A stretch of 64,000 nucleotides of DNA from Nannocystales bacterium (GTDB taxonomy: Bacteria; Myxococcota_A; Polyangia; Nannocystales; Nannocystaceae): positions 32,001 to 96,000 of the forward strand of contig JBOEGF010000019.1 in assembly GCA_050633305.1 (NCBI GenBank), written 5' to 3'. Within the stretch, counting starts at the first letter, position 1. Each line of letters opens with the position of its first letter. The translations under genes were made by a program, and so were the position numbers. The notes under the pieces were generated by a model, which saw nothing but the letters and a program-made list of their open reading frames with translations, was not told the origin of the DNA and made no database searches. Shown here one piece after another: positions 44,750-54,379 of this stretch.

Positions 44750-46105
44750 TCAGGTGAAGAAGCCGGGCAGGCCGCCCGAGGCTGGGTCGTTGTTGCCGAA
44801 GGTCTGGATGTCGACATCCATCGCTTGGGCCAAGGAGACCAGCAGTCGGTTGTGTGGGACGCGGTCGTAGGTCAGGTAACGACCGGTCTGAAGGGCACCG
44901 CCGCCACCACCAAAGGTGACGAACGGGACGGGGTGGTTTCCGTGGCTGTTGCCGCGTGAGAGCTCGTTGCCCCACACCACGATCGTGTTGTCCAACAGGG
45001 TCCCGTCGCCTTCGGGCACTGCCGCCATGGCGTCGAGCAGATACTTGACCTCCTCGGCGTACCAGACGTTGATCGATGTGATCTGGTCGATCATGGACTG
45101 GTCCTCGTCACCGAGGTGCGACAGGTCGTGGTGACGCGTCGCGCCGACCCAGCTGAACTCGGTCTGGCTGACGGAGCGGGACCACTGAAGGCTCGCCACA
45201 CGCGTGAGGTCGCAGGCGAGCGACATCACCATCTGGTCGATCATCAGCCGCGAGACGGCGGGGAAGTTCTCGTTGGCGTCGAAGTTGAAGCCGTACTTCT
45301 GGGTCGGCGGCTCGCAGATCGGAGTCGCCAAGTCGTTGCGCTTCTCGATCTCGCGGATCGCCTCGAGGTGCGCGCTGATCTTCTGCTTGTCGGCGCTGCT
45401 GTACTTCGACTCCAGGCCTTCGAGGTCGCTGTGGACGAGGTCCAGCACACTGCGGCGCTCCGCCTTGAGGCGGTCGAGCTCGCCGGTGTCGACACCCAGG
45501 TCCGCGAACAGGCGGGCGAACATCGCCTCGGGGTTGTTCTCGGCGGCGACGGGGTTGTCCGAGCCGCCGTAGATCATCCGGCTCCAGTTGTTGGCACCGC
45601 CGTTTTGAACGCCGAACTCGAGTGACTTGTACGCGGTCTCGTTGCCGAGCTGATCGGCGATGGCCTGGTCGATCGATGCCGCGCCTGCCCAGCCCGCGGA
45701 ACCGCCGTCGCCGCCGCCGAAGTCGCCCGCGTTGAGTTGGTTGCCCGTCCAAAGACAGGCCATGCCTTTTTGGTGGCCATCACCGAGGCCCTGTCGCACA
45801 ACCTCGAGGCCATCGAGGATACACATCTGGTCCTTGTAGTCCTCGAGCGGCGCCAGCAGCTCGCGCAGCTGGAAGTCGTTCTCGGTCCCGGTGGGTGCCC
45901 ACCGCTCGTGCAGTGTCCCGTTGGGCGTGAACAGCAGCACCAGACGCTTGGGAAGAGGGTCTGCGCCGGCCTGCGACTCGAGCATCGGGATGAATGGCGC
46001 CAAGGCAGCGGAGGCGCCGATCGATCCCAAGAAGCCACGCCGAGAGAAGCCTCGGTTTTTACGCTTCGGCGTTGCGGTGGAGGGCGTGATGCGTCGGTGG
46101 GTCAT
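44750..46105 (-). CDS. DUF1552-family Tat-exported protein
   Basis: SRRGFL Tat motif; PKRLVLLFTPNG, SIDQAIA, LACDLTRVA, HHDLSH, GTLLDNT. Confidence 0.85.
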   Translation of the reverse strand: MTHRRITPSTATPKRKNRGFSRRGFLGSIGASAALAPFIPMLESQAGADPLPKRLVLLFTPNGTLHERWAPTGTENDFQLRELLAPLEDYKDQMCILDGLEVVRQGLGDGHQKGMACLWTGNQLNAGDFGGGDGGSAGWAGAASIDQAIADQLGNETAYKSLEFGVQNGGANNWSRMIYGGSDNPVAAENNPEAMFARLFADLGVDTGELDRLKAERRSVLDLVHSDLEGLESKYSSADKQKISAHLEAIREIEKRNDLATPICEPPTQKYGFNFDANENFPAVSRLMIDQMVMSLACDLTRVASLQWSRSVSQTEFSWVGATRHHDLSHLGDEDQSMIDQITSINVWYAEEVKYLLDAMAAVPEGDGTLLDNTIVVWGNELSRGNSHGNHPVPFVTFGGGGGALQTGRYLTYDRVPHNRLLVSLAQAMDVDIQTFGNNDPASGGLPGFFT

Positions 46106-46119
46106 CGTCTCGTCTCCTT

Positions 46120-47832
46120 TCACGCTGCACCCTTGCGGAATCGGAACGCGCTGGAGAGGGCGATCTCCCGCAACAAGACGCGTACGTCTTGCCCCGATTC
46201 GTTGAACGCCTCGCTGATGCCATCGATGGCACATGCGTCGGCATCTCCTTCGACGCGACCAAGCGCGTACCTGAACCATTGGCGGCTGAAGCAGGTCCCC
46301 ACGAACTCACTCTGGGCGAGCATGGCGGCGAGCTCAGGGCCGCCGACGAAGGGCCCGTCGACATCGGAGAGGACGATCTCACCCGCGTTGTCGATCGGAA
46401 GACCGCTGGCCTCCTCGGTCCGGAAGGCGCCGATGGAGTCGTAGCCTTCGAGGCCAAAGCCTAGGGGGTCGATCTGGACGTGGCACCCGGAGCAGGCCGG
46501 GTCGGAGGTGTGCTGAGCGAACCGCTCGCGTGTCGTCGCGTCCGGGCTGGGGCTGGGCGGCACGTTGTCGACGTCGGGAGGCGGGGGAGGGAGTTGTTGG
46601 CAGAAGAACTCCTGCCGCAACAACACGCCGCGATGGATCGGGGAGGTTTGGTCCGGGTGAGCGTGCTCGGCCATCACGCCGGGCATCGTCAACAGTCCGG
46701 CACGCTCATCGGCGGGAAGCTCAATCGGCTCCCCGGGAGCCCGCCCCGCGGGAGGGGTCACACCGTAGACCTCGTGGAGGCGAGGATCGTCGGTCAACGT
46801 GATGTTGGCGGTGAGCAGGGTCGACAGGCGGCCGTCTCCTTCTTCCAACACCCACTGCGCGAAAGAGGCGACGTCATCCTTCATCGACTCTGCGAGCGTG
46901 GTGTCGTAGCCCGGGAACATCTCCGGGTCTTTCTCAGCATGCTCGAGCTCGTCCATTCCGAGCCACTGCTGGTGGAAGGACGCGATGGTGTCTCGCGCCT
47001 TGGGGCTCGCGAGCATGCGGTCGACTTGTTCGCGAACACCGTCGGCGCTGGTGAGGGTTCCCGCGCCAGCGGCGTCGAACAGGGCGTCGTCGGGCATCGA
47101 GTCCCACAGGAAGTAGGACAGACGGGACGCGAGTTCGTAGCCATCGAGGGCTACGAGGTCGTCGCCGGCTTCGGGCTGACCGAACTCGACGTGGTAGAGG
47201 AAGAATGGGGACTGCAATACGGCCGCGATCGCGACGCGGAGGCCGTTTTGAACGCTACCGCCGCCAGCGTCCTTGCCGGACATGTAGACGGCGACGACCC
47301 GGTCGAGCTCGCCGGTTTCGAGCGGACGTCGATACGCGTGCATCGTGAATTCGGCGAGGAACTGCTCCGCGCAGGCGTCTCCCTCGGCGGCGTCACAGGG
47401 CAAGAGCTGGGTGAGGTCGCTTGTCGCATCGACGGCGACCGCTTCGGCCGCGGTCATGTACTCCTCGACTTGTAACTCGACGACAGCGGCGTTGCCGTTG
47501 CTCTTGAACGCACCGATGCGCTCGTCGGGCGAGAAGTCTGTGGTGTATCCACCATCGAGCCCCAGCAGGTCACGGACCGTGTGGTCGTACTGTTGAGCCG
47601 TAAGGCGGCGCAGGGACGTCGGGCCGACGTCCGCATCCATGCACAGCGAGGCGGGATCGTCGGGGTCCACGTCGTCGCCCGAATCTCCAGATTCTCCGCC
47701 GTCCGGGTCTCCATCGGTGACTCCGGCCGCGCCGGTACCAAATCCGTTGGCGTCGGCCTCGAAGCCCGAGTAGCAGGCGGTGAGTCCCCAAAGACTCGCC
47801 ACAGCTCCAAGCGTCATGAAACGTGTCGTCAT
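46120..47832 (-). CDS. DUF1592/DUF1588-type lipoprotein with one CxxCH
   Basis: LRRLT..QYDHTVRDLL, AYRRPL, LQSPFFLY, ELASRLSYFLW.SMPD, TSPIHRG, TTRER, CSGCH..IDPLGF. Confidence 0.88.
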   Translation of the reverse strand: MTTRFMTLGAVASLWGLTACYSGFEADANGFGTGAAGVTDGDPDGGESGDSGDDVDPDDPASLCMDADVGPTSLRRLTAQQYDHTVRDLLGLDGGYTTDFSPDERIGAFKSNGNAAVVELQVEEYMTAAEAVAVDATSDLTQLLPCDAAEGDACAEQFLAEFTMHAYRRPLETGELDRVVAVYMSGKDAGGGSVQNGLRVAIAAVLQSPFFLYHVEFGQPEAGDDLVALDGYELASRLSYFLWDSMPDDALFDAAGAGTLTSADGVREQVDRMLASPKARDTIASFHQQWLGMDELEHAEKDPEMFPGYDTTLAESMKDDVASFAQWVLEEGDGRLSTLLTANITLTDDPRLHEVYGVTPPAGRAPGEPIELPADERAGLLTMPGVMAEHAHPDQTSPIHRGVLLRQEFFCQQLPPPPPDVDNVPPSPSPDATTRERFAQHTSDPACSGCHVQIDPLGFGLEGYDSIGAFRTEEASGLPIDNAGEIVLSDVDGPFVGGPELAAMLAQSEFVGTCFSRQWFRYALGRVEGDADACAIDGISEAFNESGQDVRVLLREIALSSAFRFRKGAA

Positions 47833-48027
47833 CGTGTCTCCCCCTGCCAACAAGATGCCGCGTTTTTCGGGGAATAGGGCAGGAGTCCCGCGGGAAACCG
47901 CCGTCGGGTTCGGACTGTAGGCTGACCACCCCACTTTTCGTCACCCAGCGTCTCGGCGCTGAAATCAGTGTGAGCCGGACCGACCCTCCACCAGAGGCAC
48001 GCACCTCAGGCTGTGGACGAGGGGCCC

Positions 48028-50148
48028 CTACTGCTGGACTTGCTCTCGGATTCGCTCGGCGAGTGACGCACCTACACCTCGCACCGCGCTCAGTTCCTCG
48101 ACCGTCGCTTCGCGGATGGCCGCGACGGATCCAAAGTGCTGTACCAGGGCGCGTTTGAGGCTTGGGCCCACGCCCTTGATGTCGTCGAGGACGCTCCGAA
48201 CCGCGCGCTTGGACCGTCGTTTTCGGTGATGCGTGATCGCGAAACGGTGGGCCTCGTCGCGAACCCGCTCCATCAGGTAGCGCTCCGAGCTCCCCGCTCG
48301 CAAGGCGATCGCATCCTTGAGGTCGGGGACAAAGACTCGCTCGGGTCGCAGACGGAATGCTCGTTTTCCGTCCTCATCCACGGCCCAGTCCCGGTAGGCC
48401 GCGCCTGGTGAGGCGTTGCTGCCTCTCTTGCTTGCGCGCAGACGCTCGAGGCCGTCCTTGGTCATCTCGATGGTGTCTTTTCGCTCCTTGGCGAGCGACA
48501 CCACATCGACCCCCTCGGTGCCGGTGGGAACCCCCATGTCCTGCATGACGGTGATGACTTGCCGCAGCTGCCCCTTGCCGCCGTCGATGACGATCAGATC
48601 GGGAAGCGCCCAGGCGTCATCCTCTTCGTCTGCGTTTTCGCGCTTGCGCATGGCTCGCTTGAAACGGCGACCGAGGATCTCGTACATGCTCGCGAAGTCG
48701 TCGTTCTGGAACACGCCCTGCCGCTTGCCCTCCCCGTCGCCCATCAGGCCGCGGATCTTGAACGAGCGGTACCGCGACTTGTCGGGAGCGCCGTCGACGA
48801 ACACCACCATGGAGGCCACGGTGTCGCTGCCCTGAAGGTGGCTGACGTCGTAACACTCGATCACCCGCGGCAGCTTGGACAGCTGAAGTCGGTCTCGTAG
48901 GCGGGTGAGCGCCGCGTTGTGGTCCTCCCGCTTGTTGCGGCGTGTGGAGAAGTTGGAGGACGCGTTCTTGTTGGCCAGCGCGATCAGCTTGCGGCGGTCA
49001 CCGCGTTCGGGAACGACGAGCGAGACCTTCTTGCCTTTCTTGTCTCGCAGCCACGCCTCGAGGGGCTCGGCATCGTCCTGGGCCAATGCGAACGGCAGGA
49101 CCACCTCGTCAGGAACGAAGGGCGCGCTGTCGTAGTAGGCGGAGAGGAAGTTGGCCATGACCTCCGGGTCGGGGTGCTCGAGGCCGCGGTTGGAGAACGC
49201 CTGCGAGCCCAGAACTTTTCCTTGCCGAATGTGCATGAGGACGAACTCCACGCTGCCACCTTCGCGATACATACCGACCGTGTCTTGGTCGAGGGACGCG
49301 GTGCCCACGATGCGCTGCCCTTCTGTGGCGGATTCGAGCGCTCGGAGCTGGTCGCGCAGGCGGGCTGCGGTCTCGAACTCGAGGACCTCGGCGGCGGACT
49401 CCATGCGCTCACGGAGTCCGACGATCAGCTCGTTGTGTCGGCCCGCAAGGAAAAGCGAGACGTCTTTGACCTGCTCGTCGTAGTCGTCCTTGGGGACGTC
49501 GTACACACAAGGGGCGGGGCAGCGGTCGATCTGATACTGCAGGCACGGCCGCTTGCGGCTGCGCAGCGTGAAGTCGGTGCATGTCCGCAGCTTGAAGTGG
49601 CGGTTGACCACGCGGAGCGTCGAGCGAGCGGTGCGAGCGGAGTGGTAGGGGCCAAAGTAGTAGGCGCCGTCGTGCTTGATGTCTCGGCGCAGCTCCAAGC
49701 GGGGCCAATCCCCCTTGGGGTCGAGTCGGAGCACCAAGTAGTTGGAGTCGTCGCGCAGCTTGACGTTGAATCGCGGGCGGTGCTCCTTGATGAGGTTGTT
49801 CTCCAGGAGCATCGCCTCCTTGTTGGAGGAGACGACCACGGTCTCGATGTCGCCGACGAGCTTGGCGAGCAGCGGCACGAACATGCGGGTGTCTGTGCCG
49901 TTGAAATACTGGCGCACCCGGACCCGCAGGCTCCGGGCCTTGCCCACGTAGACGACCTCGCCGTCGCGACTGCGCATGATGTAGACACCCGGCGACGTCG
50001 GAAGGCGCTTGAGGGCGGCGTCGAGCTCGTCGGGGCTGGTGATCCGCGGTTTCCACCCCTCGGGGGTCGAGCGCGTGGGGGTACGGCTGATGTCCTGAGG
50101 GCGCGCGGATTTCTCCGTCGCCTTCTTTCGGGTTCGTGCGCGGGCCAT
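48028..50148 (-). CDS. uvrC: Excinuclease ABC subunit C
   Basis: GIY-YIG (PGVYIM..YVGKA..LRVRVRQYF), IECYDVSH, LIVIDGGKGQL, RDEAHRFA, C-terminal HhH. Confidence 0.97.
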   Translation of the reverse strand: MARARTRKKATEKSARPQDISRTPTRSTPEGWKPRITSPDELDAALKRLPTSPGVYIMRSRDGEVVYVGKARSLRVRVRQYFNGTDTRMFVPLLAKLVGDIETVVVSSNKEAMLLENNLIKEHRPRFNVKLRDDSNYLVLRLDPKGDWPRLELRRDIKHDGAYYFGPYHSARTARSTLRVVNRHFKLRTCTDFTLRSRKRPCLQYQIDRCPAPCVYDVPKDDYDEQVKDVSLFLAGRHNELIVGLRERMESAAEVLEFETAARLRDQLRALESATEGQRIVGTASLDQDTVGMYREGGSVEFVLMHIRQGKVLGSQAFSNRGLEHPDPEVMANFLSAYYDSAPFVPDEVVLPFALAQDDAEPLEAWLRDKKGKKVSLVVPERGDRRKLIALANKNASSNFSTRRNKREDHNAALTRLRDRLQLSKLPRVIECYDVSHLQGSDTVASMVVFVDGAPDKSRYRSFKIRGLMGDGEGKRQGVFQNDDFASMYEILGRRFKRAMRKRENADEEDDAWALPDLIVIDGGKGQLRQVITVMQDMGVPTGTEGVDVVSLAKERKDTIEMTKDGLERLRASKRGSNASPGAAYRDWAVDEDGKRAFRLRPERVFVPDLKDAIALRAGSSERYLMERVRDEAHRFAITHHRKRRSKRAVRSVLDDIKGVGPSLKRALVQHFGSVAAIREATVEELSAVRGVGASLAERIREQVQQ

Positions 50149-50150
50149 CG

Positions 50151-50289
50151 CTAGCAGCCCGTGGTGAAACCCAGCGCGGAGGATCGCGAAGGTTTTTTCG
50201 CTCCTGGGTCGGAGCCAGAACGCTGCTGTACCGCCAGGAGCGAGAAAGGCGAGTGAGACGTCGTGTTGGGTTTCACCACGGGCTGCTAG
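50151..50289. mobile_element. Non-autonomous MITE-like element, 139 bp including both flanking CTAG
   Basis: 23-bp perfect inverted repeat CTAGCAGCCCGTGGTGAAACCCA / TGGGTTTCACCACGGGCTGCTAG; internal IR 50194-50207 with 50234-50247; no ORF. Confidence 0.75.
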
Positions 50290-51755
50290 TGTTGGGTTCC
50301 GGAGACGGTGACCGCCTCGATCGCTGGCGAGCGGATGAACTCCGGGCGCCGGAGAAGGAAGCGGTACTGGACGTAGCGACCGTGAAGTCGAAGGCCAGAG
50401 AGGTCGATCGTATGGTCGGCTTGCAGACCCGGGTCGAGGTAGCCGGTCTCGATATCGTCTCCTCCGGGCCCGGAGAAGTCTCGGTCGCTGCAATCCGGCT
50501 CGTCGCAAGCGCGCACTTGGAATCGAGCTTCGAGCGCGCCCCGCTCGTACAGGTTGGCGAGCTCATCGGGCTCGAGCGCGCGGTTCCACAACGCGAACTC
50601 ATCGTACGCGCCTGCGCCCGAGTAGGGTCCGTCGTTGCCGCCGGCGAGGGTGAACTCTTCGGGGGCGGCCGCTGAGGAGTTCACCGACACGTCGGCGATC
50701 TCGGCGGTCAGGTTGGGTGTTTGTCCGGAGAGTTCTCCGTCGACGAAGAGCTGCACGGTTTGGCCGCCCCCGACGACGGAACGTCGAAGCGCGATGTGGT
50801 GCCATCGGCCGTCGTCGATCACAGCCGTGCTGCAAACACGCGTTGCAAGCTGCCCTGCTCCTCGAATGAAACCGATCGCGTGTGACGGGTTGTTGTCCTC
50901 ACAGATGAACTCATCACCGCCGCAGCCCAGGAAGTGCAGCCCAGTGTTGGTGGGATCCACCGCGGCCGAATCGAGCGCGACCATGTACATGCTCTCGCAC
51001 GACTCAGAGCGGTACCACAGGGTCCAGGTGAAGGCCCCCAGACCTGGCTCCACGGGGTCGAGAACCTCGATCCGGTAGGCGTCGTTGTCGTTGTCGTCAT
51101 CGTGCGCGAGCCCGCGCCCGAATACGCCGCGGATGTCTGCTGCAGCGTCGTTGTTCGGGGCACCGAGCCAACGCGCAACATGGGACCCCGTGGAATCGAC
51201 GATCGCAGCGTCGTGGACGTAGGGCCCGCCGTCGAGATGCGAGAGCAGCACCAGATCGTCCAGCCCCGTGTTGCCCGACGGGTACGCGGCCGCTACGCCG
51301 TCGATCGGGAGCTGCAGCGGGGTGCGGTACGGCGCACGAGGTGTCCACCGCAGCGTCTCCCAGTCCGTGTCGCTGCCCGCGTCGAAGATGCGCGATTCGA
51401 GGACGCTCTCATCGCTCGATCGTTCAAGCTGGATGCTGTTCTGAGTCCATCTCAGCTCGCCGAGCTCTTCGGCCAGCGCGAACTCTCCGTCCCAAGCGTC
51501 GTCAGTGAACTCGACGTTCATGGGGCCGTCTGTGGTGCTTGCGCTGGTGCCGATGCTGGACGCCGTCGACACCTTCGTTGTTGAAGAGCCTCCTGCGGAC
51601 GCGGTGGGTTGGGCGGAGGTCGAGGTGTCTGCATTGGGCGAGCCGGTGGCTCCGCTGGCCGACTCGCCGTCGATTTCGGACTCCTCGAAGCTGGGGTTGA
51701 TGCGTACGCAGCTGGTGGCGGCGAGCAGACACGCGAGTTGTACCGGGTGGCGCAT
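50286..51755 (-). CDS. LamG/concanavalin-like jelly-roll lipoprotein (paralog 2)
   Basis: SCVRINP lipobox region; FTWTLWY, DDGRWHHIA, LFVDG, YDEFALWNRAL. Confidence 0.85.
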   Translation of the reverse strand: MRHPVQLACLLAATSCVRINPSFEESEIDGESASGATGSPNADTSTSAQPTASAGGSSTTKVSTASSIGTSASTTDGPMNVEFTDDAWDGEFALAEELGELRWTQNSIQLERSSDESVLESRIFDAGSDTDWETLRWTPRAPYRTPLQLPIDGVAAAYPSGNTGLDDLVLLSHLDGGPYVHDAAIVDSTGSHVARWLGAPNNDAAADIRGVFGRGLAHDDDNDNDAYRIEVLDPVEPGLGAFTWTLWYRSESCESMYMVALDSAAVDPTNTGLHFLGCGGDEFICEDNNPSHAIGFIRGAGQLATRVCSTAVIDDGRWHHIALRRSVVGGGQTVQLFVDGELSGQTPNLTAEIADVSVNSSAAAPEEFTLAGGNDGPYSGAGAYDEFALWNRALEPDELANLYERGALEARFQVRACDEPDCSDRDFSGPGGDDIETGYLDPGLQADHTIDLSGLRLHGRYVQYRFLLRRPEFIRSPAIEAVTVSGTQH

Positions 51756-51760
51756 CGGGC

Positions 51761-53215
51761 TCAGTCTTCTTCGGCCGGTTCGGCGACGATGGACACCGAC
51801 GGGATGAGAGGCGAGCGCAACGCGGCCGAGTCTCGCGTGATACGAAGCTCGTACTGGAATGCGATACCGACGTAGTCGGATGGCTCGAGAGCGTGCGCGT
51901 GTCCCTCGTCTGGGCCGCTGTCGAGAAAACCTACGCCCGAGGCTCCTGCGGGGCCGAGGAAAGGTGGGTCGTCACTACAGTCCTCGAGTGTGCAGGCGCG
52001 CAGCCGTAGTTCGACCCCCGCGGCACCACGGGCGTGCAGGTCTCTGATCTCGTCGTCGGTGAGCGGGCGGTCCCAGAGCGCGATCTCATCGTATGTCCCG
52101 GCCCCCGTGTGCGCGGGGGACGGATTCCCTGCGGTCGTGAAGTCCTGCAGCGGGCCCTGGGCGAAGTCGTGTTGTGATGGAGAGTCCTCCCGCGCGGACT
52201 CGTCGGGGACGCCATCGACGAACAGCGAGAGCCTGGAACCACCACCGCTGTGGTTCATCCGTACGGCAACGTGGTGCCACTGGTCGTCATCGATCTCGGC
52301 AAGGCCGCAAACCCTGGGGCCTTGACGCGAGCCGTCGTTGGCGATGGCAAACGCGACCGCCTCGAAGATCCCGTGGTCAGGGTCGGGAGCACCCGAGCAG
52401 CCAATGTTGTTGTTGCAGACCAACCACACCGAGCTGGTGCCGTTGTCGTTGTTGTCCGGAGCGTCGAACGAGACGATGGACGCTCCGGTGCAACCGTCCA
52501 TGCGATACCAAGCCGTCCATGTAAACTCATTGGTCCCCGGGGCGAGCTGTGTCTGCGCGTGCTCGACGAATCCGTCGCCAGGGTTGCTCACCGCGCGTCC
52601 GAAGACCCCTCGCGTGACGGCGAGCGCGGTGCCGCCGAGGGTGCCGTGAGCGCCCGCGAACGATGTGTCGGGAACGAGGTCGCCGACCTCAACCGTGTCG
52701 GCTGCGAGCTCGAAGCGGAGCAGGAGCTCCAGCCCGACAGAGCTTGTGCCCCCGAAATCGTAGCCTTCCACTTCGTCGACGTCCGGGTTGGACAGACCGA
52801 TGCCGTAGGGCGCCGGCGGAGTCCACTCGAGCTCAGTGAGACGGGCTGGATGCCCTCCGGTGGTGAATACGCGGGAACGAAGCGTTCCGAGCCTCATGCT
52901 TGGCTCGAGCTCAACGGCCTCTTGGTCTGACCAATACACGTGGTCGAGCTGGCCTGCTTCGAACTCGTGAGCCTCGTCGTCGGTGAAGACCCACTCCGCC
53001 GGGGGCTCGGTGTCGGGCGGCTCTGTGGTTCCTTCGCCTTCGCCTTCACCGTGCGTCTGGGAGGAAGACCCGCCCGATGAAAGCGTGGTGCCTGAAGGCT
53101 TGCCCCGTCCTTCGGTGGCGGCCCCGGCATCGGTGCCGCTGTCTGCGTAGCCCGGGTTGATACGGGTACAGCTCAGCACCGCGAGCGAACAGCCGATGAG
53201 CCTGAGCGGGCGCAT
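51761..53215 (-). CDS. LamG/concanavalin-like jelly-roll lipoprotein (paralog 1)
   Basis: SCTRINP lipobox region; FTWTAWY, DDDQWHHVA, LFVDG, YDEIALWDRPL. Confidence 0.85.
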   Translation of the reverse strand: MRPLRLIGCSLAVLSCTRINPGYADSGTDAGAATEGRGKPSGTTLSSGGSSSQTHGEGEGEGTTEPPDTEPPAEWVFTDDEAHEFEAGQLDHVYWSDQEAVELEPSMRLGTLRSRVFTTGGHPARLTELEWTPPAPYGIGLSNPDVDEVEGYDFGGTSSVGLELLLRFELAADTVEVGDLVPDTSFAGAHGTLGGTALAVTRGVFGRAVSNPGDGFVEHAQTQLAPGTNEFTWTAWYRMDGCTGASIVSFDAPDNNDNGTSSVWLVCNNNIGCSGAPDPDHGIFEAVAFAIANDGSRQGPRVCGLAEIDDDQWHHVAVRMNHSGGGSRLSLFVDGVPDESAREDSPSQHDFAQGPLQDFTTAGNPSPAHTGAGTYDEIALWDRPLTDDEIRDLHARGAAGVELRLRACTLEDCSDDPPFLGPAGASGVGFLDSGPDEGHAHALEPSDYVGIAFQYELRITRDSAALRSPLIPSVSIVAEPAEED

Positions 53216-53220
53216 GGAGG

Positions 53221-54294
53221 TCACAAGAGGCGCCGGATGTCGCCGATCGTGACGAGCAGAATGAGGCTGAGAAGCAGCAACATTCCGTAGCCGTGCACGG
53301 CCTCCTCGATCCTGGGGTTCGCACGTCGCTTGGCGATGGCCTCGTAGGCCAGGAATGTCAGGCGGCCTCCGTCCAACGCTGGAAGCGGCAGGAGGTTGAA
53401 CAGGCCCAGAAGCGTGGAGATGATTGCGACCATCTCCAGGAAGTCGGGCAGTCCTACGGCGGCTGCCCCCGCGACAGTGCGGACGATCTCGACCGGGCCT
53501 CCGACACGGTCGGTGCTGACCTCGCCCTGAAAAATGCTCTTGAGCCCCTGCAGCTGCATCTTGCTGACTTCGATGGGCTGCTCGAAAGCGGCCCCAACCG
53601 CGGTTGCGAACGGAACATCAGCTCGCTCGAACCGGACGCCTTCCATCCGGACCGAGAGCGGAGACGCGGTCCCCTTGGGAACAGCGAGCTGGAGCTGGAG
53701 TTCTTCTCCGTCTCGGCGCACGACCATCGGGATCGTCGAGCCTCGATGGGCGGTTGCGGCGGGCTTCACGTCGTTGCCACCGAGCGCTGGGTCGATGTCG
53801 AGACCCGCGATGCGAATCACCTCATCTCCGAGCTCGGCGCCCGCGGCTTGGGCGGGTGAGTCCTCGCCGAAGCTCGTGATCGCGATCGCCTGCGGTGGCT
53901 GCTTGACGCCGTAGAGCGAGAACACTGCCAGGAAGGTGAAGAACGCGACGATGTAGTTGGCGATGGGCCCCCCCGCGATCGTCAGGGCCCTCTTTGCGAT
54001 CGGCTTGTCCCGGAAGTTGAACGAGCTGGGGTCCGTCGGCGTTCCGGCGGGCGGAGGGTCCTCCTCGGCTTCCATGCCGCGGATGAGCACGTACGCTCCG
54101 AAGGGAATGGCACCGATGACGAACTCGGTCCCTCTCCACGTCCCGAGCTTGAGAATGGCAGGGCCGATGCCGAACACGCTGAAGCGGTCGACCTTCATTC
54201 CAGACCACACTGCCGTCACGTAGTGACCGCCCTCGTGCAGCATGATGACCACGCAGAGTGCGAGCGCGGCGGTGGCGTAGTCCAGTGCACTCAT
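53221..54294 (-). CDS. rseP: RIP metalloprotease RseP (M50) with PDZ domain
   Basis: HEGGH, AGGPIAN, PDZ segment, FNLLPLPALDGG. Confidence 0.93.
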   Translation of the reverse strand: MSALDYATAALALCVVIMLHEGGHYVTAVWSGMKVDRFSVFGIGPAILKLGTWRGTEFVIGAIPFGAYVLIRGMEAEEDPPPAGTPTDPSSFNFRDKPIAKRALTIAGGPIANYIVAFFTFLAVFSLYGVKQPPQAIAITSFGEDSPAQAAGAELGDEVIRIAGLDIDPALGGNDVKPAATAHRGSTIPMVVRRDGEELQLQLAVPKGTASPLSVRMEGVRFERADVPFATAVGAAFEQPIEVSKMQLQGLKSIFQGEVSTDRVGGPVEIVRTVAGAAAVGLPDFLEMVAIISTLLGLFNLLPLPALDGGRLTFLAYEAIAKRRANPRIEEAVHGYGMLLLLSLILLVTIGDIRRLL

Positions 54295-54379
54295 GAACCC
54301 CCTACGATGGCCCGAGTTCGCGGATCGTGCAATGGCGGCGACTCGAACCGAGCCGCAGCCGGGAATCGGGCTTCAGCGG

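Noticed and set aside
50149..50508. N-terminal extension of UvrC suggested by the ORF track (start 50508)
   Set aside because: It runs through the MITE and overlaps the LamG gene; ATG 50148 gives a normal UvrC N-terminus.
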